The notes beneath the pieces are model-generated. The model had not been told where the DNA came from, ran no database searches, and saw nothing but the letters and a program-made list of their open reading frames with translations. Positions 21,863-35,162 of a DNA stretch of 64,000 bases are shown here, in pieces. The DNA is taken from assembly GCA_020891255.1 (NCBI GenBank), contig BQFW01000010.1, forward strand, positions 186,001 to 250,000, read 5' to 3'. The position numbers and the translations under genes were made by a program. Numbering within the stretch: the first letter of the stretch is position 1; every line of letters starts with the position of its first letter. Source of the DNA: Entomortierella parvispora E1425 (taxonomy: Eukaryota > Fungi > Mortierellomycota).

Positions 21863-23192
21863 ATCAGATTGATTCGAAGAGGTGAATGTCATGAACAAGA
21901 CCCAGTGGATAAAGCGCGAGAAACACGGGGACCTAGCTCACAACTTGCGGGCCCAGGGGGGAAGAGGTCTCTTTTTTTTGGCCGTGCTTCGCCCATGCCC
22001 CATGGTCAATGGTCCAGGTCATGCGAAAAATCAATACAAATGGTGGTTTGTGGGAAATCAACCGCCTGCAAAGCTACATGCCCGGCCGGGTTCGAACCTT
22101 GGCTTTGGAAGTCTGTCGCCTACAATGGAGGGTCAGGCAGGGCCAATAGCTTTCGTCGTCAAGCGCCTTAACAGTCAGAGAGGTCCTCCACGTGAGCCTT
22201 TGGCCAACCTTCGCTTTTCTTTTCAGCGCGCGCGTCTTTCGTGAAATGGACAACCAAAGGAAGAGGCCACCTTGGGCACACACAAGGGGGAGAACAGGCA
22301 GGCACAGAGATAAGAAACGGAGCGGCCTGAATCAGCGACAACGTGTTTGTTAACAAGGGGGGAGAAAAAAAACAGAGCAAATAATTTTTGAGATGGGGTG
22401 CAATCCGGACCAGCTGGTGCTCGTGCAACGTTCAACTGTTAGCCTCTGTAAAGGTGTGCGGGACGAAGCTTCTTTCAGATCGGCTTGACAGGCGAGTGGG
22501 CGACAGGACCGTTCTCTGTCCGTCCGAGAGTTGGATTGAGCACCATCAAAAGTTAGTCTAGAGTGAACAGAGTGAACATGAAAAGCTTTTAAGGATGACA
22601 ATTCTGGGGGCAAGTCCGACTCGAATCAGTAAATGAAATAGACGCGCATAGAAAGAAAAAAAAAGTGCTCATCTTTTCTTCACGCCACGCATCCACGGAC
22701 ACACTACTATGCCCTGTGCTAGACACATGACCATGGACAAGGGAAAAACAATAAAGACATCGTCATGGCACACAAGGGGACTGAACATGCAACAGATAGA
22801 GAACAAATTAGCCATGCCGTGGCCACGCACAAACTTGGTCGTTCAATCTGTTTGATCTGGAGAAGGAACAAGCAATATTCACGCGTCCTTGCCCTTTTCT
22901 GTTCAGTCAAAGCCGAGGCTCTTGAGGATGCACATCCGCCACTAGTTATCCCCCCTCCCACCAACCGAGCAGACGACAGTGTGCTCGAATGGAACAGGAG
23001 GAACGCAGTGTCGATCCTCTACCATCTCTTCTCTTCACCCTTTAAGTCGTTTTCCAACATCTTTTTTTTTTCTTTTCTTCTTTTTCTTTCCTCTTCACAC
23101 GCCTCAGTTCTCGTTCTACTTTCCACCATCCACACCAAAAGATCGAAAAGTCATCATATCTTTCAACTCCACACTTTTTGTCTTTATACAAC

Positions 23193-25789
23193 ATGGGTCA
23201 AAACGCCTCAGGAGAAGAATACGCAGCCAATGACAAGGAGGTCTTTCAGTCCTACCGGATCCCTGCTCAGTCCTACAAGAAGAAGAATAGCGCACCCACG
23301 ACCACAACACCCGCTTCACCTACAACCTCAAACTCCTCACAGACACAACAACAACGGCTCCGGTCTGGATCACTATCTTCAGGACTGGACAAACATGGTC
23401 GCCGAGATCGTACAGTTTCCCACCCACCTTCGATCCTCTCCAACTCTTCTTCCAACTCGTCTCTTAATCTCTCTATCGTCCACGCAGCGGTCGCGGCAGG
23501 ATCTTCTCCGACTACCTCGATCTTTGGATACCCTAATCATTTTCAGCCCCAAGGAGGTGCTTTTCCGCTACAGCACCACCAATACAGTGGTCTTATAAGT
23601 GCGCCCTTGCCCTTTGGAGCAGGCGTAGGTTCAGGTGGATCTTCAAGGACAAACAGCGGCTATTCGGTCGGATCTGAGCTCTTTGATCATCAGCAACACT
23701 CTGTTGGGTCCGGACTTGGACGTGCAACATACGTCAACGGCAAGGTTGTAGAAGTTGGTGCCCATGGTAGCCCCATTCCTGGAGCATCACCCTCAACTGC
23801 TCCATTTTATGGGATCAGCAACTTCACAGTCCAAGACTTCATGTCTTATCAGCAACAACAGCAACAACAGTTTTTGGAGCAGCAACAGTTTGAGTACCAA
23901 CAGATGCTCCTCCTGCAACAGCAACAGCATCAACTCAAGCAACAATTTCAACACCAACAAATGCTCTTGCTTCAGCAGCAGCAATTGGAGCAACAGCAAC
24001 AGCAGCAACTACAGCGCTCTTCCCTGGATCTCCCTATCTCCTCCCCTCTTGCGTCTCCTCTTGTCTCACAGCAGATTACGGGTGTAGTACTCCAGACAAA
24101 GTCCCGGCGGCCGGCACGCCATCCAGATCGGGTGGCCTCCGCCAACACGAATGGAGCTAGTAACGGTCAGTGCAGCCACAGCAGTCCGAACACGGGGCAC
24201 CAAGCCAGTCCCTCAATCACTATTCCCTCGTCGCCGAACACACCTTTCGGTTCAAACGGTCATCAGTACCAGGGGTCTTCTCAACAGCATGGCGCCCCTC
24301 GATACCCACAACAGTCGGCTCTGGCATCGAACGGCTCCCATTCACCGACTCTATCCAACAATCAGTCTTTTCAGTACAGTTCTTCCCCAGGTGGAGCTAC
24401 ATCCGTCAGCTCCAGTTACACAGGGGCTACTTCTTCCTTCTCCAGCAACGCCTCCTCTCACTATCACCCCATGCTCGCAATGACCAGTACCACCCCTCCA
24501 TCGTCCTCTTCCTCTTCCTCTCTGTCAATGGCTACTGCGCCAATGCCCAGTTCAGCAGCCACAACAGCGGCGGTTGCCGATCCAACACCGACATCGCCTA
24601 ACAAGGGCATGGCTGCTTCTAAGGGCTATAACAAGGCAGGACTCTCGATCGAGGAGATTGCAGCAAAGATTCTTCCACCCAGGCGTCTTTTGGGCGGTCG
24701 AGAGTACCACCCAGACAAGACCCTGCCCTACTTGCTGCCATGCGATGAACAAGAAAGCGAGAGGTAAACAAAAAAAGTAGATTCAGCTCTTATCTATGCA
24801 TCTGACAAACACGCCAGTCTAACCCTTCTTTTGTCTTGCCATGGGCGCACAAACAAAAAATAGACTTTTGCTGCAGCACTATGTGATCCGATACGCGTTC
24901 GGATCGAACATTGTTGCTCCCATTGACACGTCCATTGCGGGGAGGGTTCTTGACTGTGCCTGTGGACCTGGCACCTGGGTCATGGTAAGCAGATCCTCCC
25001 TCTGTCACTCCTATTTCTTCTCAATGTCGCTTCAAACAGTGGGTGATCTATTGGTTCTACCCTCTTCTCACCCCTCCCTCCCTCTCTTGCTTCCCATGTG
25101 TGCAGGAGATGGCGACTGAATATGAAGCATTGGACTTTTACGGATTCGACGTCTCGCCAATGTACCCGTCAGCGATCCATCCAAAGAACGCGCACTTTAG
25201 CATGGGCAACCTGCTGGACCCAGAGATCCCCTACAATTCCGACTCGTTCTTGCTGGTCCACCAACGGAACATGCTCTTGGGACTCACCCAGGATGCTTGG
25301 CCAGGCGTGGTGCAGGATCTCTTTCGCTGTGTGATCCCAGGAGGCCAGGGTTGGCTTCAGCTCTGTGAAGTCGACCCGATTTGGTCCCGGCCGGGTCCCG
25401 TCTCTCGATCTGTGCTCAAGATGTTGAACGAGACGGCTCAGAACAGGAACGTGGACGTGCTTCTGCCGCAGCAGCTGGATCGAGTCCTCAGAGAGGTCGG
25501 ATGTGAAAATGTTAAGATGATCATGGTTGAGATTCCTATTGGACCCTGGGGCGGCAAGATTGGCCTCCTCTGGAGAGATGTCCTCAAGGCCGAGATGGAG
25601 GCTCTGAAACCCGCAGTCTTGCAGGCTGCCTTGGAGAATGCAGTAGCAGCAGGAGCCGATATCGCCGTCTGTGGAGCCGAGATGACCACGGCTGAGGAAT
25701 GGGAAGAGATGATGAGGTCTGTCTGGGAGGAGATGGACCAATACCGCACCTATTCACAAGTGTTTTTGGCCTATGGACAAAAGCCGTAG
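23193..25789 (+). CDS. Class I SAM-dependent methyltransferase (LaeA-like family) with long Q/S-rich N-terminal extension (791 aa); exons 23193-24763, 24864-24984, 25106-25789
   Basis: YLLPCDEQESER|LLLQHY..RYAFGSN..AP, VLDCACGPGTWVM|EMA, FYGFDVS, FLLVHQR and GWLQLCE. Introns are phase-compatible. Confidence 0.88.
23850..24010 (+). repeat. CAG/CAA-rich polyglutamine-coding tract
   Basis: YQQQQQQQFLEQQQFEYQQMLLLQQQQHQLKQQFQHQQMLLLQQQQLEQQQQQQLQ. Confidence 0.85.
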
Positions 25790-25958
25790 CAGGCAGCTAC
25801 CATGTTATTTTTTTATCGCTTTTTTTTTTCTTTCCTTGCCTCTCCCTCCAATAAAACACATAGAAGTGGTCAAGAAAACAAAACATGTCTTGATTTTAGT
25901 TGTGAATGCCAAAAAGAACTTGTTAATGAGAAGAGAGGTGCTGTGTAAGGGAGGGGGT

Positions 25959-27557
25959 CTAGTAGATGTAGGGGATGATACGCCAACGAACAATCTCACA
26001 GTACTTGTCCCAATCCTTTCCATACTTCTTGTGGCACTTTTCCTCATCGCGGAACTCGCGATGGATCAACAGCACAGCAAAGTAGATGGGGTAGAAGTAA
26101 GGGATGGGACTTGAGAGACCGCAGGGAAGGGACCAGGCCAAGGCCATGAGCCAGTCGCCAAAGTAGTTGATGTGGCGAGCGGTACCCCACCATCCGCTGA
26201 TCAGCAGCTTGGATCCAGAAGCAGTCTCCATATACTTAAGGCCTATTCATATAACAAAAGAGACGTAGTCGTGAGTGATCAAGCAATTCGTGAAGACTAG
26301 GGTCAGCATGAATCTAAGGCGCGCAAGTTGGTACATACCTTTGTTTTGGGGAGCATCGGCGCCATAGCGTCTAAAGGTATCCTTCTGGAGGTTGGCATTT
26401 CTAAAGATGTAATATCCAACGCACTGAGTGGCAATGACGATCATGGTGTGGGCCACGCTCATGTCGACAGGGAAGGCAGCCAAGAAACGGGCCTGAAGGG
26501 AGTAGTTCATGGGCAACCAGGTCAAGAGACCGTTAGCCAGCATGAATCCGAACCCATCGGTGGTGATATCCATGGTCGTCAAGACGGACGACTCGTTCCA
26601 AAGGGAGTCGACAACGTAGAAGGTCTCAAAGGCCAAGACAGCAACCATGGAGTTGGTGATGCGGCCAAGATTGTGCCACTGCTGGCAGGCCATGCCAAAG
26701 TTCAGGATGACCCAGCCGATAAGACCTGGGCGGAGCTCGATGAAATACTTGATGTCAAAGGTAGAGTTGGGAGACGCGCTGAAGCGAGGGTTGAGCTCAC
26801 GACCAAGGACAAACTATTGAGTAAAAGAGAACAATCGAGAACAAAGCATTAGATTGAGCAAGGCGAATAGTCTGCATTGGAGCAGAGAAGTAACTCGATC
26901 GACACCTACATCGTAGATCATGTTGCCAGTGTTTCCGCCACAGGCGAGGATCTTTTCTTGACCATTCTCATCAGGGAGGAAAGACCAAATGTAAACAAAG
27001 ATCGACAAGCCAAAGGTCCAGACGAGCGAGGCGGTGATCAATCCGACGAAATGGCTGTGCAAGAAGAGGAAAGGCTCGACACCCTTGGTCATCAACGTGG
27101 CCACGGCCAAGACGCCAATCAGCATGAGCGTCCGGAGAGCATTGACCTTGTACTTGAGCTTGTAGTTGGAGCGGTCCTTGGTCAAAGGGCTGCCGCCCAC
27201 GCCACCGACAACAGCGCCTTCGACGACGTGACCAGGGATCACAAAGTAGCAGACAAAGAGGAAGACCATAAAGTACGAGTACAGATCAAAGGCTTCACGA
27301 TCCCAGGTTGAGAGGAAGAACCCAAGGAGATCCCTGGGGTAGTTGGCAAAGTTGGTATCCAATGCGGGCCAGTAGCCATCGCCCTTGGTCCAGTTCAGAG
27401 GAGGGCAGCCAAATTCGGCACGGCAATTAAAGTAGAGACCATAGGTGATCAGGGGCAGGACAGTAAGCATGCCCACGGCGCCTGGAGGACCGAGGAACTC
27501 GTACTCTGGTTTTGGGTTGGGCGGCGTGCGCCGGAAGGAAGCGACCTTTGCAGGCAT
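25959..27557 (-). CDS. ERG24: C-14 sterol reductase (468 aa); exons 27557-26910, 26813-26339, 26242-25959
   Basis: [18 protein letters not shown]|[60 protein letters not shown] and [15 protein letters not shown]. Confidence 0.95.
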
Positions 27558-28099
27558 GGGTGTATGTGTGTATGTACAGGGGAAAGGTGGGGTGAGTGAA
27601 GAGGTGGTGTGATGAGGCTGGGTTCTTTATAGGGACGTGGTTGCCATGGGCGGGCTGTAGGGGCAGACGGGGATGAGAGATGGCCTGAGAGTGGGGATGG
27701 CCAATGAAGAGAAGAGTGATGAGAACCCCGGGGAAGCGGAGAGGCGGGATGGGATGGAGAAGGAGAGAGGGAAGAAAAGGAAAGGGAGGAAGAACAGGAT
27801 CTCCATCCACCAGCGTGGTGATCAGGCCACTCTCGCCACTCTCGCTCTCAGGCCACTGGCGGAATTCCAGCTGGGGCGCCTCAGGCCACTTCCACTTCCA
27901 CTGGGAAGGAAAGGAGGTGGGTGCGGACTGTTGAACGCCACCAATTTGATTTTGGATCATTGAAGTCACGTGCAGATGTTTTCATTTTTTTCATTTTTTT
28001 CATTCTTTTAGTGCTGGGAGAAAGAATGGTCGCAGGAGTGAATGCATGTCCCTTGTCGCTGTGCCTCCCTCTCTCCCCTCACAAGAAATCAATTACAAC

Positions 28100-31080
28100 A
28101 TGTCGACTAAAAGCATTCTCGCCGAATTCGACACATGGCAGAACTCCCTCTTCGCCACCTTGGTCAAGGCGACAAAGGCGGCTAATGCCATCCCTGCCGG
28201 CGATGTCTCCTTCTACCGCTCTCTCGATCGCGACTTTGCCAAAAAGATGGACGAGGCCTCGACCTCGACCTTGGAGCTGTGCAATGGACTCTTGAAGCAG
28301 GCTGGAGGAGTCGAAGTCGAAGAGATGAAGGATGGAGACGATATCAAGGAGCGATTCGAAATCATCGTCGATGTCGTTGATAATGTGCTCGAGAAAGTGG
28401 TATGTCTTTTGTTTGCCCTGTTTTGCGTTGTACCATGGCTTGATCGCTGATTTGATTTGCTCTTTTGATTGTTAGGATGTTGCTATCGATGAGATCAAGA
28501 TGCCCCGCAAGAAGGGATCTGCGGCTGTTCCTCAGAGTGCTCCCGTTGTTGCTCTGGCCAAGGTATGCATCAGTCAACATGTTGTCATGCTTGCTTGATA
28601 CCTGTTTTCTTCGCGTCCGTTCTTTCATCTTTTCTAACTGATACTCATCCCCATAGAGCAATCAACTTGAGTACAAGTTGATCCACGCCCAGAATATTGC
28701 TCGCCCACAACTCCGCTTTCCCGATCCCGTCGACAACTCTTCAACACCGTTCGTCAGGAAGATCACATACAAGCCCAACGCAAAGGTGGATCTCAACTAT
28801 GGCATGGATCGCATGAACATTGACTCGAGCGAGGACAAGTCCATCACTGTCACACAACCACACCCTTACGAGTACGAGATCACGCATCTGGAGTATCCCG
28901 AGCATATGTTTGAGCAGAGACCAGAGCAGCTCTACCACCCCTTCGACACAACATCCGCGATCTGGGTCGACACTGAGGAGGCGCTGCAAGATATGTGCAG
29001 GACCTTGGAGATGCAGCGCGAGCTTGCCATCGATTTGGAACATCACAACTACCGCTCATTCCAGGGATTCGTCTGCTTGATGCAGATTTCAACTCGCGAT
29101 CAGGATTATATTATTGACACCTTGGAGCTGAGAGGATCATTGCACTTGCTTAACCAGGCATTCACGGACCCCAAGATTGTGAAGATCTTCCACGGTGCCG
29201 AGAGTGATATCATTTGGCTCCAGCGCGATTTTGGTGTCTACATCGTCAACATGTTTGACACATACCATGCATCAAAAGTCCTTGGTATGTCTCTTGCTGG
29301 GACAAGGACCTTTTTACATTATTATGGCTATTTTCTCTGGCTAACGTATCGGCTTTTTTATTACACACTCTATATAGAATTCGGAAGCCACTCCCTTGCT
29401 CATCTTTTGAAGCTTTACGCTGATTTTGACGCGGACAAAAAGTACCAGCTCGCAGATTGGCGCATTCGGTAAGTTCAGATGAATATTGGGCTGATTTTTT
29501 ATGGAATATGAGGATTTCCATTTTCTAATAGGAATTTACTTTTCTTTTTCTTTTCACCAGCCCCTTGCCAAAGGAGATGCTTCTTTACGCCCGTTCGGAT
29601 ACCCACTTTTTGCTCTACATCTACGACCGTATGAGGAACGCACTTTTGGATAACTCACGGAAGGGAACACACAACCTCTTGGATACAACCTTGAAGCGAT
29701 CAGCAGAGACCTCGCTCAAGGTGCACGAGAAGGATATCTACGACGCAGAGGAAGGCATGGGAAGCAATGGATGGCACAACCTCTATGCCAAGTGGAACAG
29801 GGCACTCAACAACCAGCAATTCGCCGTTTTCAAGGCGATCCATGCTTGGAGAGATCAGACTGCTCGTGACGAGGATGAGAGTCACAGATATGTGTTGCCC
29901 AACCATATGATGTTCACTTTGGCAGAGAAGATGCCCGAGGAAGCTGCCGGAGTTCTTGGATGCTGTAACCCAGTCCCACCTTCCGTCAGGATGAACGCCA
30001 CCGATATTGCCATGTTGATCAGCAGGACAAAGTCTAGTATTGCGCCAGTCGCTGGAGGATTCAAGAAGGTGGAGATCAAGGTTGCAGCACATGTGCGATT
30101 CGACCCTGAGACTGGACTTCAACCCACAGAGCATGCCCTCAGCGAGGCTGAGAAGAAGACCACCATTGGACTCTCGCCCCTTGAGAAGGCTCAGCAATCA
30201 ACACGTGGAAAGGTGCAGGCAGCAGCGTCCTCGGGCGTGTTTGGTCGTAGCTCTGTTGCCCCTGTTGTGAAGCCTTTGGCTGATCCTACACCCTTGCTTG
30301 CAAAGTCCTCTGGTCTCTTTGGAACCTCGAGTGTTGTTCCTTCATCCCGTGCAGAACAGGATGCCAGGGACACTGCTAGACGTATCATGCACGAGCTTTC
30401 CATTGAGCCCGTTGAGGAGGCACCCGTTTTCATGGAAGTCTCGAGCGTTACCAGCGCTGCTCCAGTGGAAGCCGTGGAAAGCAAACCAGCTGAAGAAGAG
30501 GTTGTGTTCACGCCCGCCGACGACCGTGTCACCAAGAAGCGGACGGATGTTTTGTTGTTGAATACCATGTCCAAGAAGCGCTCAAGAGCCCTGGATGAGG
30601 ATCGTGCTGAGCTTGCCGAATCTGCCTCTGCTGCCTCCTCAGAAGTGGAGGAAGTCACTCCTATCAAGAAGAAGAAGAACAAGAAGGAGAAGGGTCTCAA
30701 CTCGGCTGCGTCTTCCAAGCCCAGCTCGGATGCCGAGATGCCCGAGGCCTTCCAGCCCTTTGATTACAACTCTGTGCGGTCTGTTGTGGACGAAACTGTG
30801 GATGGAGCCATGTCGAACAAGAGGAAGCAAAAGAAGAAGAAGACTGGACCAGCCGAGAACGAGCCTGCAGCACGTATGTTGACAACTCTTCATCCTTTGA
30901 GGATCCATAACTTGTTACCTTTCTATTTTGAACAGAATTCTGACTTTTTTCTTTCTTTCTTTTATAGCTTTCGACCCATATAACAAGCTGGTGGAGAATG
31001 CAGAGTTCAAGAAGAAGGATGCCACATTCTCTCGCAACCCCAAGTCTGGAGCTCGCAGCATGACCTTTGGCAAGAAGTAG
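28100..31080 (+). CDS. RRP6: Nuclear exosome 3'-5' exoribonuclease Rrp6 (843 aa); exons 28100-28399, 28476-28562, 28657-29284, 29378-29468, 29561-30873, 30968-31080
   Basis: PMC2NT-like N-terminus. DEDD exonuclease motifs LAIDLEHH.YRSFQGF.CLMQIS, FHGAESDIIWLQRDFG and ADWRIR|PLP..ML.YARSDTH. HRDC domain AWRDQTARDEDES..YVLPNH. C-terminal SGARSMTF. Confidence 0.96.
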
Positions 31081-31266
31081 TTCCCTCTAAAAAAAAACCA
31101 CCCAGTCACGCATTCTGCATCAACAATACAAACAATTTTGCATCATCTCCTTCAGCTCATCTCCATGTCTCAGTGCAGTTCATGTCTAGTTGCTTTTGTT
31201 CAACTTCATGCAAAAGGGTATTTTTTTATATATATCAAAACTTGGAAGTGACATGGGGTGGTTTCC

Positions 31267-33087
31267 TTAGGAGAATAAGATCCATGGTCGATTTTTCAAG
31301 AAGGCTTCCCTTGCCACAGCATGGTGATGTGACTTGAGCCCCTTGATCTCTACCAATGCTGGCCAATTTTCACATATCCAATCGGCCTCTGATTTCGCCC
31401 ATCGGACCAGATTATGGTCACTCATGTCCAGATACTTGAGTCGTTTCAGTCCTGCCATCTCCTTCATATGGGCGTCCTTTCGTAACATCAACATCCAGCC
31501 CCCAATTTCCAGGCTTTCCAGCCGATGCAGGGCCCCGATTTGACTGGACAAGTACACTGTAAACTGGTCCGTCAAGGAGCCATCTCCCCACATAAAGACT
31601 TTTTCGTCCGCCTCCATGTCGTTGCCTCGAAACACCGCTAGATACAGTTCTTTGAGATGATCGCGGAATGGCCAATCCCTTTCAAACATTTCTGTATAAT
31701 CCACTATGACACCGTCCATGTCGTAGATGTCGGCGCTTTTAAAGTCCCGTGAAAAGCTGACGGTGGCCTTGAGCGACTGGAGACTGGGTAGTCCTGTAAT
31801 CAGCTCCAAGAAGAGAAGACTGTGGTAACGATTCATCTCCAGCATATCCAGGTGCGTGAGGGTGGAGCCATGAACGTAATGGAGGCTCTCAATCGAGATG
31901 GGGTGCAATAAAAACGACCCGACTGCCTTGAATGAGATGAGACCCCCGACCACTGCTTCAAAGACGGCGGCCAGATCTTCATCGGTGGCCTCCAAAGGCA
32001 TCCTTCCGAGCACGAGATGCCGAATCCTCGGGCATTTTTGTTGCAAGAAGTAGGGCAGTTCTTGCAATCCTATCATGTCCTCGATCGATAGCCATGACAA
32101 TCTCTCGAGCTGTGGACTACATCTCAAGGCCTGAAGAACCACAGAACCGTACCCAAAGTAAGAAGGGCAGTCCAGGCTCAAATCTCTCCAGCGACACACT
32201 CCAGGGACAAGTCGTTGATGGCGAGTGTTGTCCAGATCTGTGGTGTCGTCGGCCCAAGCGAGCTCCATAGGAGTCTGCTCTCGATCACTCTGTAGACCAC
32301 TCGTGGCCGCCTCGTAGTCGCCACGGTCATCATAGTCGCCCCTCGTCTGCACCAGATGCCACTGTTCCAGAAAGAGTCCGTCACTCAGGTAGTAGTCGCC
32401 CTCGAGATCGTCGTCGCCGTCTGTTCTGCCAAGCCCCGGTCCTGCCGCAGCAATGGACAGATCAAAGATCTCCTTGTCGTGTAAAAGAAAAACATAGTTT
32501 ATACGCACGCGGCGTAATCGCCTTGTGAGAGCCGCGCCCGTCGTCGTCGGTACTGAATCCCCTGTCAGTCTATCTTGTTGAACGTTCCTGCTTGCCAGGA
32601 AGCGAGTGAGTCGCCGAGAGAATTCGGACCGGAGGTACTTGTAAGAGAGATGCACCTCTCGAATGGAGCGATGAGCCTCCAGAAAGTCAATGGCGTCCAG
32701 GGGGTCCTCGTCCTTAAACACGGCCTGTGGACCGGCGCGTTTCCTGTCCCGCCAGTGAAACCGATCCAGATTCCTGAAGGATGTCGGGCCCTGAAAGAGA
32801 GAAGGCGCGAGAGCCTTCAGGGCAGACAAGTAGCAAGTCCGAAAAGTGCGGACATGACAGCTATGGCGCGTGAGGGCGGCAAGGGTCTCTGGGGTCTCGA
32901 AGAAATGAAGGGTCTTGAGGGTGGTAATGTCAATGGAGCGGTAGAGACAGGGGACAAAGGCTGCAGACCAGCTGCGAGAGACGCGGGCACACTGAGCAAG
33001 GTCAGATGGGGTCAAGTAAGAGGCAAGGCCGTCCTGGATGGGAGGAATGTCAAAGATGGAGATTATAGTCATGGTGAGGATGGACAT
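31267..33087 (-). CDS. F-box/LRR-like protein (~606 aa, intronless; start 33087 or 33072)
   Basis: SIFDIPPIQDGLASYLTPSDLAQCARVSRSWSAAFVPCLY. CSPQLERL, KCPRIRHL and ENWPALVEIKGL. Confidence 0.85.
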   Translation of the reverse strand: MSILTMTIISIFDIPPIQDGLASYLTPSDLAQCARVSRSWSAAFVPCLYRSIDITTLKTLHFFETPETLAALTRHSCHVRTFRTCYLSALKALAPSLFQGPTSFRNLDRFHWRDRKRAGPQAVFKDEDPLDAIDFLEAHRSIREVHLSYKYLRSEFSRRLTRFLASRNVQQDRLTGDSVPTTTGAALTRRLRRVRINYVFLLHDKEIFDLSIAAAGPGLGRTDGDDDLEGDYYLSDGLFLEQWHLVQTRGDYDDRGDYEAATSGLQSDREQTPMELAWADDTTDLDNTRHQRLVPGVCRWRDLSLDCPSYFGYGSVVLQALRCSPQLERLSWLSIEDMIGLQELPYFLQQKCPRIRHLVLGRMPLEATDEDLAAVFEAVVGGLISFKAVGSFLLHPISIESLHYVHGSTLTHLDMLEMNRYHSLLFLELITGLPSLQSLKATVSFSRDFKSADIYDMDGVIVDYTEMFERDWPFRDHLKELYLAVFRGNDMEADEKVFMWGDGSLTDQFTVYLSSQIGALHRLESLEIGGWMLMLRKDAHMKEMAGLKRLKYLDMSDHNLVRWAKSEADWICENWPALVEIKGLKSHHHAVAREAFLKNRPWILFS

Positions 33088-34085
33088 TCCACCGGGTGAT
33101 GCGAGCGACGTTTTATGCAAAGGAGAGGGGCTGCGTGCGAAAGGCGTGTGGTCGTTGATTGGTGGCGCGTTGACTGCGGTTGCTCTTTTTTTTTCTTTTC
33201 TTTTTTGAATTGGGCCATGACGATGATGATGATACGGTGCCGTCTGTACTCCCATGTTTGAAAGGGTCAACAGTACTGTTTTTCATATGCCAAAGTGAGA
33301 AAGACTCGTCTCTGGCGACAGGGGCACCCAATGCCCACATCTAGAAAGAGCAGCGCGGACACCCTTCAGGCCATGGAGCAGTATTTTATCATCGACACTC
33401 TTGGTGAAGGCGATACGAGGTTACCACTGGTTTCCATCTCTTGATCTGACCCTCTCTTGGTTTTTTCTACTCTTTGCTTTTCTTTACACTTTTACCTCCT
33501 CCCTGACTTTGCGCGATCCCTTGCTGCACCCCGATCCCCCCAAAAAAAGATTACTTGAATGATTCCTGACAGACAAGAGAGAGTACCATCAAATTGGCTA
33601 GAAACAACTAGCCAGTTTCCCGGCCAAGGACCTTTTTGTTGCATGCGCCAGTGCTATCCCGGCTCTCTTTTGAGCTTTCTGGCTGCTGGTCACGCTGACT
33701 GCACCACCGTTCCCTGCAAGTCCAAATAACGATCGCAGTTCTTCTTTTGTATCTGTCACGGCCATTCCAAGACGCGTAGTTTCCGAACCTATGTAGGATA
33801 TGGACCTCCATTTCAGATTCTTGCAATGGTGGTGAGTCTAGTAATGATGCCAAACTGAGTGGAGCCCATCCACCTCTTTTGCTATTAAACATCACCATTC
33901 CACCTGTGACCAAGAAGCTGTCCGGTAAAATACTCCCCCAAGAGCGAGAAGATTAGGCACTTTTTGAGCAGTACCTTCTTGGTCAACGGCAGCGAAGCGG
34001 TGATGTCAGTGGACTGGTATAGACTAAGCACGGCTAGGGACATGGTTGTCGATTAAATATTGGCTCAAGTTGGTCTAATTGAAAG

Positions 34086-34220
34086 GCAAGGCGCAAGGCA
34101 AAGCGCAAGGCAAAGAGCAAGGCAAAGCGCAAGGCGCAAGGTAAAGTGGAAGGCAAAGTGCAAGTCAAAGTGCAAGTCAAGGTTACAAGGCGAAGCGCAA
34201 GGCCAAGCACAGGGCAAAGT
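34086..34220 (+). repeat. Degenerate 12-bp tandem repeat (consensus GCAAGGCAAAGY, ~11 units with 7-bp truncated units)
   Basis: GCAAGGC GCAAGGCAAAGC GCAAGGCAAAGA GCAAGGCAAAGC GCAAGGC GCAAGGTAAAGT GGAAGGCAAAGT GCAAGTCAAAGT... Confidence 0.8.
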
Positions 34221-35162
34221 TTACAAAGCAGAGCAAATGAGAAGAGAACCTTCTCGTAATCAAGTATAAATGTAGCTACTTCCTTGTCTTCGACACCAAC
34301 GTCAATTCCAAATGCCACCCAAACCAGTGCCAGAATTCCTGCCCATTCCGAAGCCATTTCCCTGGCCCGTACGAAATGATCCGAACAAAAACGATAAGCC
34401 GTCCGAGACCACAAAACCGGGCCAGGAGCCTTCCAAACCCTGAGAAGGCCTCATCCCTCTCTATAATAAACAGACTTTAGATCTCATTATCTCTTTCCCA
34501 ATGCTGTTTCGACCTTTCCTGATTGTATGGGAAAGCTTATCGCCTGTGCATGTTTGTAATGCAAGAACGCGTTTTTTTTTTTTTTTTTTTTTTTGGCTGA
34601 GGTTTTCTGAAGACAGTGCATCTGCAGAGGTGCCAGAGCGCGCAATACAGTCACAGAAGAAATATGTTCAGCCCTGGGAGGAATTCAAAAATACTGATCT
34701 AGTCGACCGAAGACGACGATGTTGACGCCATGATATTTTCCCGAAGGTGCTTTCTAATTGAAGTGACATTGGTCCTTATACCCGGTATTCAGGTATTTTG
34801 ACGGTGTTGATAATGTACACCTACAGCTCACAAAGGGCATGGGTCAGAGAGGGACCGGGGGGTTAATTGCGAGACTCCCGTAGCTGGACGTTCTTGTCCC
34901 AACTGGCCAATGCAATCTGGTGACCGGTTGGTGAAGAATACTAGTCGCTTCACCATTTTTTCAAGAAGCCTATTTTTGCGCGCGAAAACCTAGAAGGTCA
35001 TTGGATTGGAACAAGCGAATACAATCCCTTGGCAGATGGCAGAAGCAGATAACCCACATAAACCTGAGATCCCACCCTTACAATCTACAATATAATCATA
35101 ATCATAATCATGCACAGTTTATTGGCAATACTGGCTACACATGGCTTCACATTTTATATCTC

